Notes under the pieces: model-generated
What the model was told of the DNA's origin: nothing
Seen by the model: the letters and a program-made list of their open reading frames with translations, nothing else
Database searches by the model: none
NCBI GenBank assembly: GCA_036399795.1
Contig: DASWML010000001.1
Location: forward strand, 42,712-106,711
DNA length: 64,000 bases
Source of the DNA: Flavobacterium sp.
Lineage (GTDB): Bacteria > Bacteroidota > Bacteroidia > Flavobacteriales > Flavobacteriaceae
Direction: 5' to 3'
Program-made: the position numbers and the translations under genes
In this document: positions 18,500 to 27,276 of the stretch, piece after piece
Numbering within the stretch: position 1 is the first letter of the stretch
How the letters are laid out: every line of letters starts with the position of its first letter

Positions 18500-18720
18500 A
18501 AAACAAGAAAAAACCCACATGTTATACGATTTCATGAGTATAATTATAATATTTCCACTACAAATTTTTTTTGTATAACTGTGATGATTTATTGTTATTC
18601 AATTGACATAGAGTTGGTTAAATTTAAAAGCGCTTTCTACTTGAGAAACGAGGTTTAATTACAGGCAATTAAAGTTTCCTTTATATATTTACCCCCTGAA
18701 TTGTATGAAAAGCATAATTG

Positions 18721-21564
18721 ATGGAGCACGGATCAGAAGGAAATAAATTAACTGCCTGGCTGCTGGCAAGGCCGGTATTGAGCGGCATTTTATTTTCATG
18801 TATATTATTTGTGGCTGTTGCATGTGTGATCGGGCAGCGTTATTTTCTTTTAAAAGAAAACGACAGGCGGGAAATGACCAATCTCCTTCATGTTGTACGC
18901 CAGAACATGGATCAGTCCCTTCAAAATTCCTTCACCTCTGCCCTTACACTTGCCCTCACGATAAACGATGAAGGAAAGCCTGAGAACTTTGAAAAAATAG
19001 GAAAACAGCTTACCGGATCCAATCCTGCAATTGACGGCGTACAACTTGTTCCGGGCGGCGTAATAAAATATGTTTATCCGCTAAAAGAAAACGCCGCAGC
19101 GCTCAACCTGGACATCCTTCACGATCCGTATACAATGGCTGAGGCAAATGAAGCGATACGTTTGAAGAAAATGTATTTTGCGGGGCCGTTAAAGCTGCGT
19201 CAGGGCGGAATAGGAATCATCGGCCGCCTTCCGGTATACCAGAACGATACGTTTTGGGGTTTTTCAGCCGTTGTTATCAAGTTGGAAACATTGCTCAACG
19301 TATCAGGCATCACTTCGATCGATGCGACGAAATATTATTTTCAACTATCGAAAATCAATCCCGTCACGGGAAAGGAAGACTTTTTTATTCCGGGCGATAC
19401 CGATCTCGGGAACAGTTATTATGAAGCTGCCACATTGGGCGACAGCGACATGAAGCTCTATATCGTCACCAAAAGCGGTTACGGTGCCTACTCGCAGTTG
19501 CTGCCGTTATCACTCTTGGGCATTCTCTATATCGTATTGTTCGGATTCCTTATTACGCTGCTGCTCCGGAAGCCTGCCGAACTACAGATCACAGTAAATT
19601 CACAAGCAGATAAACTTCAGCGCAGCGAAACTAAATTCCGCACTTTATTTGAATACGCTCCAATCGGCATTGGCCGTGTGGATACGGAAACAGGCCACAT
19701 TATAGATGTAAATAGTCACCATTGTAAAATCACAGGTTATTCCGCTAGTGAACTGGTTGGTCTAAATTTTGGCCTGCTGGTCCATCCCGACGACCTCGGT
19801 GAAACTACAGATAAAATGAACGCTTTGAAAAATGGGTTGATCAGCGAATTTTCACAGGAAAAACTTCTCAAGACCAAAGACGGTCAGTACAAGTGGGTCA
19901 ACCTCACTGTTTCGCCATTATGGAAACCCGGAGAGAAACCAACAAGCCACATTGCTATTATCGAGGACATATCGAGCGAAAAAGAAGCAAAGGAACAGAT
20001 CAGCAAAAGCGAGGCGCGGTTCAAAAGCTTATTCGAGGATTCGCCTATCGCGCTTTGGGAAGAAGATTTTTCCCGCGTAAAGAAATATCTTTCCAGCCTG
20101 GGTCTGATCGGTGAAAAACCAAAAACAGTCCTCTCCTACTTCAATGCAAATCCTGAAGCGCTGGAAACTTGTATTGAACTGGTTAAAATTATTGATGTCA
20201 ACAACGAATGCATCAAGCTTCATGGCCTGAAATCAAAGGAGGAACTTCTTTATGGCGCACTAAATCACATCCTTGATGAGGAATCTATAAAAGCGTTCAC
20301 CAAACAACTCATCGCCATTACGTCAAATTCGCTACAGATCAGCATGGAAACGCGGGTTGCACGCAATACTGAGGTGTCTGATATACATCTTCGGTGGAAT
20401 GTTATGCGGGGTTATGAAGACACGCTGGAACGGGTAATCATCTCCACGGAAGACATCACGGCGCAGAAAAATGCAGAACGAATGCTGCTGAAGTCGCGTC
20501 AGGAAATGGAAAGCCTGATCGACACCATCGATGGAATTGTTTGGGAAAGCGATTATGAATCATACGAATTCACTTTCGTTAACAAACGTGCTGAAGTCAT
20601 CACGGGATATCCTGTGGAAGAATGGCTGAACGACGCGACATTTTGGGGTAAAACAATCCATCCAGACGATAAAGACTGGGCGATAAATTTTTGTGCAGTT
20701 AATTCGCAGGAAAAGCGCAGGTATGACTTTGAGTACAGGATGATTTCCAAAAATGGTGAAGTTCTTTGGATGCGGGATATTGTTAATGTGGTGTATGAAG
20801 GCGGAAAACCTTTGAAATTAAGGGGAATTATGATCGACATCACCAAGCAGAAGGAAGCAGAAAAAGACCTTCAGGATTCTTTTGAGCTGGTGACGGAACA
20901 AAATAAGCGCCTTCACAATTTTTCCTTTATTGTTTCACACAACCTGCGCTCGCATACGGCAAACATACAGTCGATCACTAATCTGATCGAGCTTGCCGAC
21001 AGTGATGAGGAAAGGAATGAGCTTGTCCAGATGATGAAAACCGTTTCAGGCACGCTCAACGATACGATGCTGCACCTGAACGACTTGCTGAACATCCAGT
21101 CGAAAGTCGCATTGGTCTCAGATAATCTTGATCTCAATCATTATGTCGACAACACGCTGAAAATCCTATCCGAACAAATTTCAACGAAGCGGGTTCAGGT
21201 TATCCAAAACATACCTTCCGGAGTGACTGTCGATTATAACCCGGCTTATTTAGACAGTATCCTGTTGAACCTGCTGTCAAATGCTGTCAGATACAGCGAT
21301 TCCTCACGCGAACCTGAGATTACGATTGAATGGGTTGAGGAAGAAGACAACCGGATGCTGAAAATCTCTGATAACGGCATCGGGATCGATCTTAAGAAAA
21401 ACGGCGATAAGCTTTTCGGCATGTACCGTACTTTCAACGGAAATGCTGATGCCAGGGGAATTGGGCTGTTCATTACCCGCAACCAGATTGAAGCCATGGG
21501 CGGTTCAATCAGCGTCAGCAGCCTTCCTGGCAAAGGCACGACATTCACAATCACTTTTCGGTAA
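18721..21564 (+). CDS. membrane sensor histidine kinase: TM, CHASE-like periplasmic domain, TM, multiple PAS domains, HisKA, HATPase (no receiver)
   Basis: An N-terminal TM segment is followed by a CHASE-like region (LDILHDPYTMAEANEAIRLKKMYFAGPLKLRQGGIGIIGRLPVY), a second TM segment and 3-4 PAS repeats. The H-box is FIVSHNLRSHTANI, and DNGIGID with GIGLFITRNQIE marks the ATPase domain. The ATG is at 18721; the ORF-track start at 18718 is TTG. Confidence 0.85.
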   Translation: MEHGSEGNKLTAWLLARPVLSGILFSCILFVAVACVIGQRYFLLKENDRREMTNLLHVVRQNMDQSLQNSFTSALTLALTINDEGKPENFEKIGKQLTGSNPAIDGVQLVPGGVIKYVYPLKENAAALNLDILHDPYTMAEANEAIRLKKMYFAGPLKLRQGGIGIIGRLPVYQNDTFWGFSAVVIKLETLLNVSGITSIDATKYYFQLSKINPVTGKEDFFIPGDTDLGNSYYEAATLGDSDMKLYIVTKSGYGAYSQLLPLSLLGILYIVLFGFLITLLLRKPAELQITVNSQADKLQRSETKFRTLFEYAPIGIGRVDTETGHIIDVNSHHCKITGYSASELVGLNFGLLVHPDDLGETTDKMNALKNGLISEFSQEKLLKTKDGQYKWVNLTVSPLWKPGEKPTSHIAIIEDISSEKEAKEQISKSEARFKSLFEDSPIALWEEDFSRVKKYLSSLGLIGEKPKTVLSYFNANPEALETCIELVKIIDVNNECIKLHGLKSKEELLYGALNHILDEESIKAFTKQLIAITSNSLQISMETRVARNTEVSDIHLRWNVMRGYEDTLERVIISTEDITAQKNAERMLLKSRQEMESLIDTIDGIVWESDYESYEFTFVNKRAEVITGYPVEEWLNDATFWGKTIHPDDKDWAINFCAVNSQEKRRYDFEYRMISKNGEVLWMRDIVNVVYEGGKPLKLRGIMIDITKQKEAEKDLQDSFELVTEQNKRLHNFSFIVSHNLRSHTANIQSITNLIELADSDEERNELVQMMKTVSGTLNDTMLHLNDLLNIQSKVALVSDNLDLNHYVDNTLKILSEQISTKRVQVIQNIPSGVTVDYNPAYLDSILLNLLSNAVRYSDSSREPEITIEWVEEEDNRMLKISDNGIGIDLKKNGDKLFGMYRTFNGNADARGIGLFITRNQIEAMGGSISVSSLPGKGTTFTITFR

Positions 21565-21705
21565 TCCTTGCTGTTGCTGGCATCCTGCAAAATGTTATAA
21601 CAATTTTAAAAAATTATATAAGTGTTTCAGCTTCAAAGATGATGAACTTTGAAAATGAGCTCCAGATGTTTCTGTGGCTTCCGCCAAATCACCATACAAA
21701 ATAAT

Positions 21706-22239
21706 ATGCAGCTAAACATCACCACTCCGGGTTCGGTTGAAGAAGTAAAAAAGCTCCGTACGCTCTTCGAAGATTATCTGAAAATGGTTTACTGGACCGA
21801 AAAAGCATTGATTCCTGTGATTTCCTTCATCATTAAATCAGTGAACTCAAAGGATTTTGCCAGGATACTGACGCTCCATCTTGCAAAAACACATATTCAT
21901 CGTGACAGGATCGAGAAAATCTTCGAAAGCATCGGCATCAGGGCTGAAGATAAAAAATTCGACCCTATTTCAAGCCTGATCCATGAAATTGAAGTTACGG
22001 TTACCCAAACAGATTCAGGTGTTGTACGTGATGCTGCGATCATTGCGCTTGTGCAACATATCATCCATAGCGAAATCGCTTCATACGGCACGTTGAAATC
22101 TTTTGCCATTACACTCAGGGAAGAAGATGTTGTTGAACTGCTCGAGAAGAATCTTGTGGATGAGAAAGAACTCGACTACAGCCTCTCGGTACTTGCCGAA
22201 GCATACATCAACGACGAAGCTGCCAATAAGGAGGTATAA
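21706..22239 (+). CDS. ferritin-like DUF892 (YciE/YciF-type) stress protein
   Basis: MQLNITTPGSVEEVKKLRTLFEDYLKMVYWTEKAL... and a four-helix-bundle-like composition resemble the YciE/YciF family. The start was trimmed to the ATG at 21706. Confidence 0.7.
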   Translation: MQLNITTPGSVEEVKKLRTLFEDYLKMVYWTEKALIPVISFIIKSVNSKDFARILTLHLAKTHIHRDRIEKIFESIGIRAEDKKFDPISSLIHEIEVTVTQTDSGVVRDAAIIALVQHIIHSEIASYGTLKSFAITLREEDVVELLEKNLVDEKELDYSLSVLAEAYINDEAANKEV

Positions 22240-22255
22240 TTTAAATATAGTTTGT

Positions 22256-23110
22256 ATGGCCAAAGCGAAAACATTTCCGAAACAAAAACAGGAACTTCCG
22301 GGTGAGGAATCTAAAATGAAACCGGAACCTGAAATCATCCGCGAAGACTACCGTGGTTCAGGCAAACTCGAAGGGAAAACAGCATTAATTACGGGAGGTG
22401 ACAGCGGGATCGGAAGAAGTGTCGCAGTACATTTTGCCCGCGAGGGCGCCAATGTAGCCATTGCATACCTCAACGAAGACGAAGATGCGAAGGAAACCAA
22501 AAGGCTTGTCGAAGAGGAAGGAAAGAAATGCCTGTTGCTTAAAGGTGACCTGAAGAAAGAATCTTTTGCAAAAAATATAGTGGCAAAAACGGTAGATAAA
22601 CTGGGCGCCCTCAATATATTGGTAAACAATGCGGCCATGCAGATTCCGGAAGAAAACATTGAAGATATTTCAGTAGCCAATCTCAGGACCACGTTCGAAA
22701 CAAACATTTTCCCTTTCTTTTATACGGTACAGGCGGCCATGCAGCATCTAAAAGAAGGTGACGTAATTATAAATACGACATCGGTCACGGCTTATCGCGG
22801 CAGCGAACACCTTCTTGATTATTCAAGTACGAAAGGTGCGATCGTGACTTTTACGAGATCACTGGCATCATCGGTGGTAGATAAAGGAATCCGTGTGAAC
22901 GGTGTTGCGCCCGGACCAATTTGGACACCGCTTATTCCGGCAAGTTTTGATGCAGACCAGGTGGCAGAATTTGGTGCCGATGTGCCGATGAAACGCGCCG
23001 GTCAACCGTCAGAAATCGGGCCGGCTTATGTTTACCTGGCCAGCCGCGACAGTTCTTATATGACCGGCCAGATATTGCATATCAACGGCGGCGAAATAGT
23101 TGGAGGATAA
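22256..23110 (+). CDS. SDR family oxidoreductase (general-stress YhxC/YdaD-like)
   Basis: KTALITGGDSGIGRS, NNAA and YSSTKGAIVTFTRSLA (YxxxK) are present, with the family-typical C-terminal YMTGQILHINGG. The start was trimmed to the ATG at 22256. Confidence 0.85.
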   Translation: MAKAKTFPKQKQELPGEESKMKPEPEIIREDYRGSGKLEGKTALITGGDSGIGRSVAVHFAREGANVAIAYLNEDEDAKETKRLVEEEGKKCLLLKGDLKKESFAKNIVAKTVDKLGALNILVNNAAMQIPEENIEDISVANLRTTFETNIFPFFYTVQAAMQHLKEGDVIINTTSVTAYRGSEHLLDYSSTKGAIVTFTRSLASSVVDKGIRVNGVAPGPIWTPLIPASFDADQVAEFGADVPMKRAGQPSEIGPAYVYLASRDSSYMTGQILHINGGEIVGG

Positions 23111-23128
23111 CCAAAACACAATAAAAAC

Positions 23129-23350
23129 ATGAGCAAAAAATTAATTATAGGCGTCGCAGCGGGAGTTGCAGCCTGTGTAGTCGTAGGACTGCTGTCAAAA
23201 AGGACCGGATTGCTGGACTCACTTATGGGGAAACTCCGGAAACTCAATGATACGGTCGACAATCAATTCCCGGATTTCGATGAAATCGGTATGAACGACA
23301 CCATTCCAAGAGGTGAAGACAAAAATATCACCCGGCCGATGAAGCCTTAA
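23129..23350 (+). CDS. small single-TM hypothetical protein (73 aa)
   Basis: It begins 18 nt after the SDR gene on the same strand. It has an N-terminal TM helix (IIGVAAGVAACVVVGLL) and is followed by a strong bidirectional terminator. Confidence 0.5.
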   Translation: MSKKLIIGVAAGVAACVVVGLLSKRTGLLDSLMGKLRKLNDTVDNQFPDFDEIGMNDTIPRGEDKNITRPMKP

Positions 23351-23361
23351 GCCATAAAAAA

Positions 23362-23377
23362 ACCTGCAATTGCAGGT
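23362..23377. terminator. bidirectional intrinsic terminator (ACCTGCA-AT-TGCAGGT flanked by A and T runs)
   Basis: A perfect 7-bp stem lies between convergent genes. A T-run follows it on both strands. Confidence 0.75.
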
Positions 23378-23381
23378 TTTT

Positions 23382-25334
23382 TTATTTTATGACGACTTTT
23401 CTAACGCTTGTTTTTCCGTCGGCGGTAATTTTAGCAATATATATTCCCGAGGCCAGATTGAGATCAATCCTGGTTTCTCCGTTAAAACTTCCATTATATA
23501 ATTTTGCCCCGCTAAGGCTGAAGATACTGATTTCCCCTTGGGTTGCCGGCGTTGAAACAATGATGTAGCCTGAAGCAGGATTAGGATAAATGTTTATTGC
23601 CTGCTGTTGGTTTTCGGCTGTTGAAAGTGTTGGAAACCACGCCTGCCCTGCATTCGCTCCCCAAATGTAATCGGCCAGGTCAGGATAATCAATAAAAGGA
23701 TTCCTGTTAAGTTGCCATGTATAAATGATATTGTTCCTGTTCATTTCAAAGTCGTCTGACGGATCCTGATGATTCCATGCAAGAAGGCTGGCAAGATCGC
23801 CCAACTGACCAACAGTGGTATCAGGTGGATTTCCGTTTACCACACTCAGAGCATTATAACGTACAGCCATATAAAAAACGGCACGCGCCACATCGCCTTT
23901 CCAGCTTCCCTGATTCCCGTTGGGCCCGTTATAATCGCTTCCATAATCGCGGTTGCTTCTTAATGTATTCTCCGGACCGTCTTCCGCCCTGATATGGTGT
24001 GCATCGGCATGGCCGGCAAGAATATCATCGGCATTGGTTGGCAGAAAAATATTTATTCCGTCCGGCGTTGAGTCGGTTCCTTCAGCAAAACCTCCGCGCG
24101 ACTGCGGGTAAATATGTTCACGGTTCCATGATCCGACGTTACTGGCGGTAGTTTGAAATTTATATTTTGCACGCGGCTGCTCAACATACATCAGCCATAC
24201 CTGATTGCTGTTAAGCGGATTCTCGTCGGCCTGTTTAAGGATGATTTCGGCGTCCCCGTAATTATGTGCCCGAACAACATCAGGATTTGCAATAACCTCC
24301 TGAATGGCCTGCTTCAGTTCATCACCTGCCTTTCCCGTGAGTGAAGCATAATATCCGTCAGGCATAGTGTTTTCTACCATTCCATAGGTCGGATTTAGCG
24401 GCGTTCCCCAGGATGCAACTGTGAAATCGTTGTCAATAACACGAATTTCAATATTGTCATTCAGCCTGTTGTAGCCCGATGGCAGATCGCCAAAAGTGAT
24501 TACTGCAAGTTCGTCCCCATCATCATTGGAATCGTCAGTTAAGGTGATGGTTGTTGTAAAAGAAGTTGAACCTGAAGGAATCTGTACATTGGTATTTCCC
24601 GTGAAATCAGAAGTATTGAAGCTTCCGTTATTAAGCGTAAAGCTAAACTGAAGACCTGAAGTCACTGGTGTTTGTGTTGTAAACGTAATTGTCAAGGCAT
24701 CGCCTTCATTATATAGGTTTCCATTCACCGATATCGTGATGCCGTTGAAGATAACACCGCTGCCGTCATTATGAGCTCCGGGCGTCGGGGCTTTGACTTC
24801 ATATGTTCCGTCATTTTTTCTCTGGATCGACTGCGTGGTTCCGAGGTTATTGATATTCTCATCAACCTGAACGGTAACACCCAATAAATCCATAAGCTGT
24901 GTGGCGTTTGGATCGCTTGTTCCGTAGATGAGCGCATCAATAAGATTGACAGAAGTTGCGACAGTGTCATTCGGGAAATCCGATGAGCTTCCGGAATAAA
25001 TTGCAACGCCGTCTGCCCCATTCTGGAAAATGCTGATGGGGAAATACTTTTCAGGAACCGGTGAAACATTATTATTTCCGATAAGGATCAGCCCGTTAAT
25101 ATCGGTTGAATAACCGTCAAGGTCAATCACGTAGTAGCTTCTATTGTTATTGGTGGCACCATTAAAAAGAACCAGCACATATCCGTCCAGCGGAAAATTT
25201 GGTGTTTCGGAGCGTAGCTCAATAAATTCACGATCATCGGTACTCGGGTTATCAGAATCAAGTTCATTGATTACGACCTGCCCATAGCCTGCACAGCCGA
25301 CAAGCATCAGCAGTGCATAAAAAATATTTTTCAC
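23382..25334 (-). CDS. secreted extracellular nuclease: lamin-tail (LTD) domain, endonuclease I domain and T9SS C-terminal sorting domain
   Basis: The LTD signature is VVINELDSDNPSTDDREFIELRS. Endonuclease I motifs are NREHIYPQSRGG, DAHHIRAEDGPENTLRSNRDYG and KGDVARAVFYMAVRY. The T9SS tail is INIYPNPASGYIIV...KVVIK. The start was reassigned to the GTG at 25334 ((M)KNIFYALLMLVGCAGYGQ), because the ORF-track TTG at 25358 lies inside the -7 box. Confidence 0.85.
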   Translation of the reverse strand: MKNIFYALLMLVGCAGYGQVVINELDSDNPSTDDREFIELRSETPNFPLDGYVLVLFNGATNNNRSYYVIDLDGYSTDINGLILIGNNNVSPVPEKYFPISIFQNGADGVAIYSGSSSDFPNDTVATSVNLIDALIYGTSDPNATQLMDLLGVTVQVDENINNLGTTQSIQRKNDGTYEVKAPTPGAHNDGSGVIFNGITISVNGNLYNEGDALTITFTTQTPVTSGLQFSFTLNNGSFNTSDFTGNTNVQIPSGSTSFTTTITLTDDSNDDGDELAVITFGDLPSGYNRLNDNIEIRVIDNDFTVASWGTPLNPTYGMVENTMPDGYYASLTGKAGDELKQAIQEVIANPDVVRAHNYGDAEIILKQADENPLNSNQVWLMYVEQPRAKYKFQTTASNVGSWNREHIYPQSRGGFAEGTDSTPDGINIFLPTNADDILAGHADAHHIRAEDGPENTLRSNRDYGSDYNGPNGNQGSWKGDVARAVFYMAVRYNALSVVNGNPPDTTVGQLGDLASLLAWNHQDPSDDFEMNRNNIIYTWQLNRNPFIDYPDLADYIWGANAGQAWFPTLSTAENQQQAINIYPNPASGYIIVSTPATQGEISIFSLSGAKLYNGSFNGETRIDLNLASGIYIAKITADGKTSVRKVVIK

Positions 25335-25355
25335 AATCTTGGGGATTTTATCCCG

Positions 25356-25363
25356 CAAAGTTA
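25356..25363 (-). promoter_or_regulatory. -7 promoter box TAACTTTG for the nuclease gene
   Basis: An exact TAnnTTTG match lies about 22 nt upstream of the GTG start at 25334. Confidence 0.45.
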
Positions 25364-25724
25364 ATGAATAATAGCTTCAGCGAAGTGGTGTCTTGGAAAT
25401 CAGTATGTTAAATTACGGCTGCTGAAGGATTGTAAACAGGAAGTAATAGCATTCGGGTCACAATCATGTAAGTTTAACAATAAAATCTTTCTGTCATTAT
25501 TTAATGTCACAGAAGGTTTGCGCACTGTGTCACGATCATCAGTAGTAGTCCGTACAGCAAGACCTAAGCAGTATCAAAGAAGAATCCATACATGGAACTT
25601 ACGTCGGTAAATTATGTGGCTTGAATAATCCGGATTAAGAAAAGCCTGGTTTTTAAAGGTATTTTACCTATCGTGATACTGTTAACGCCTTGCAAATTAA
25701 AGGCAGAGTCCTTCCCCATATCGG

Positions 25725-25732
25725 TAAATTTG
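25725..25732 (+). promoter_or_regulatory. -7 promoter box TAAATTTG for the MscS gene
   Basis: An exact TAnnTTTG match lies 23 nt upstream of the ATG at 25755. Confidence 0.5.
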
Positions 25733-25754
25733 TTATAAATCAATCCTGAAGTCA

Positions 25755-26636
25755 ATGAAACAGCATTTAACCGACCGGCTTAATGAAATCATACCCTGGC
25801 TGCTCCACAGTGGAATAGCAATATTTCTGATCCTTCTCATCGCATACCTGCTGAATAGGATAGCGTGCGGATTTATTTCCCGTACCGTAAGGATCGCTGT
25901 TCGGTCAAAATATTTTCAAACCGAAGCAGCCGAAAGACAACGTGAAAATACACTTACACATATTTTTTCGTGGACTACAACCATCCTGATTATGGTTGTG
26001 GCCCTGCTTATGGTGCTGGAACAATTGGGTATTGCCATTGGACCGGTGTTGGCCAGTGTTGGAATTGTCGGACTTGCCCTGGGGTTTGGCGGACAGTATC
26101 TGATCAGGGATATTATTTCAGGTCTTTTTATCATCCTTGAAAACCAGTACAGAATCGGCGACTGGGTGGCTTTTGACGGTACGGAAGGCGAAGTGACCGA
26201 CATCACACTGCGTATGACTACTTTGCGAGATATGGACGGCACGGCTCATCATGTTCCGCATGGCGAAATCAAGAAAGTCTCGAACATGAGTAAAGATTAT
26301 GCGAAAATAAACCTTGATGTAAGGATTGCCTACGAGAGTGATCTTGAAAAAGTAATTGATGTCGTAAACAATATCGGTAAAGCCATTGCCGAAGACCCTG
26401 AATGGAAGCAGCACATTATCAATCCGCCTGAATTTCTGCGTGTCAGTGATTTCGAAGATTCGGCTATGGTTATAAAAATTGTTGGGGATACGCAGCCTCT
26501 GCAACAATGGGCTATTACGGGAGAACTGCGAAAAAGGATCAAAATTCAGTTCGACAATTCAGGAATTATCATACCATATCCCCAACGCGTGATACACCAG
26601 CGGAATCATAATGATCGAGGCAAGGAATGCACATAG
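25755..26636 (+). CDS. mechanosensitive ion channel family protein (MscS-like)
   Basis: Three N-terminal TM helices are followed by the MscS beta-domain signature IGDWVAFDGTEGEVTDITLRMTTLRDMDGTAHHVPHGEI. Confidence 0.85.
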   Translation: MKQHLTDRLNEIIPWLLHSGIAIFLILLIAYLLNRIACGFISRTVRIAVRSKYFQTEAAERQRENTLTHIFSWTTTILIMVVALLMVLEQLGIAIGPVLASVGIVGLALGFGGQYLIRDIISGLFIILENQYRIGDWVAFDGTEGEVTDITLRMTTLRDMDGTAHHVPHGEIKKVSNMSKDYAKINLDVRIAYESDLEKVIDVVNNIGKAIAEDPEWKQHIINPPEFLRVSDFEDSAMVIKIVGDTQPLQQWAITGELRKRIKIQFDNSGIIIPYPQRVIHQRNHNDRGKECT

Positions 26637-26670
26637 GAAAAATACTAATTTGAATTAGTACTTTTCCTAT
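26633..26670 (+). terminator. long hairpin (about 18-bp stem, one mismatch) spanning the MscS stop codon, with a T8 run 12 nt downstream
   Basis: ATAGGAAAAATACTAATT-TG-AATTAGTACTTTTCCTAT. The T8 run is at 26682-26689. Confidence 0.5.
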
Positions 26671-26729
26671 GCGGAGCGATGTTTTTTTTGTGATCTTGGC
26701 AATAATTCCAAACCCTAACTAAAAGAATT

Positions 26730-27260
26730 ATGAAGACAACAGAAAATGCTCCGACCACTATCAATCCTATGGTTATTGACCTGAATACCATTCCTTCAAA
26801 TGAATTGCCTAACTGGCTTAGGGTAAACGGAAGATATTTTTGCTTCGCGGAATGTTATGCGTCTATTGAGGAAACCCATCGTATTAAAGACATGGCACTG
26901 ATTGATTCTATTGAAAGTGGCTATCCCGTCTACAACGGCATTACGCTTGAAAACCTTAAAACCAAGATTGACACGGCACAGGGCGATTATAATACTTATA
27001 CTTACGATTATTATATGTTGATGTACTTTGATGCCATCGGACAAATCCAGGTTACGATGACCGACAGGTTTGATGCCGGCAGGTCTTGTTATTCTGTTCC
27101 CTTGCTACGGGCAGTTGTTGGGATCAACCGTTTGGATAATAGCAGTATATTTGAATTTGCAACGGTCAGGATTCATGCTGTTGATACTATTATTTTTCGC
27201 GTAAAAGCAGCCGGACATTCAACTTATACTTATTATGATTTTTCAAACGAGCCAAAATAA
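26730..27260 (+). CDS. hypothetical protein, 176 aa, no recognisable family
   Basis: It is a clean ATG ORF with no signal peptide or TM segment and is Tyr/Thr-rich (YNTYTYDYY, STYTYYDF). It is visibly lower in GC than its flanks and lies 17 nt upstream of the membrane-protein/HK/RR genes. Confidence 0.55.
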   Translation: MKTTENAPTTINPMVIDLNTIPSNELPNWLRVNGRYFCFAECYASIEETHRIKDMALIDSIESGYPVYNGITLENLKTKIDTAQGDYNTYTYDYYMLMYFDAIGQIQVTMTDRFDAGRSCYSVPLLRAVVGINRLDNSSIFEFATVRIHAVDTIIFRVKAAGHSTYTYYDFSNEPK

Positions 27261-27276
27261 CAACCTCTAGTAGCTG

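Noticed and set aside
25405-25440. Minus-strand CCUGUUUAC...CAGCAGCC resembling part of the SRP (4.5S) RNA domain IV region
   Set aside because: It lacks the GGAA tetraloop and the symmetric-loop core, and I could not draw the long closing helix. The resemblance rests on two short words and is most likely chance.
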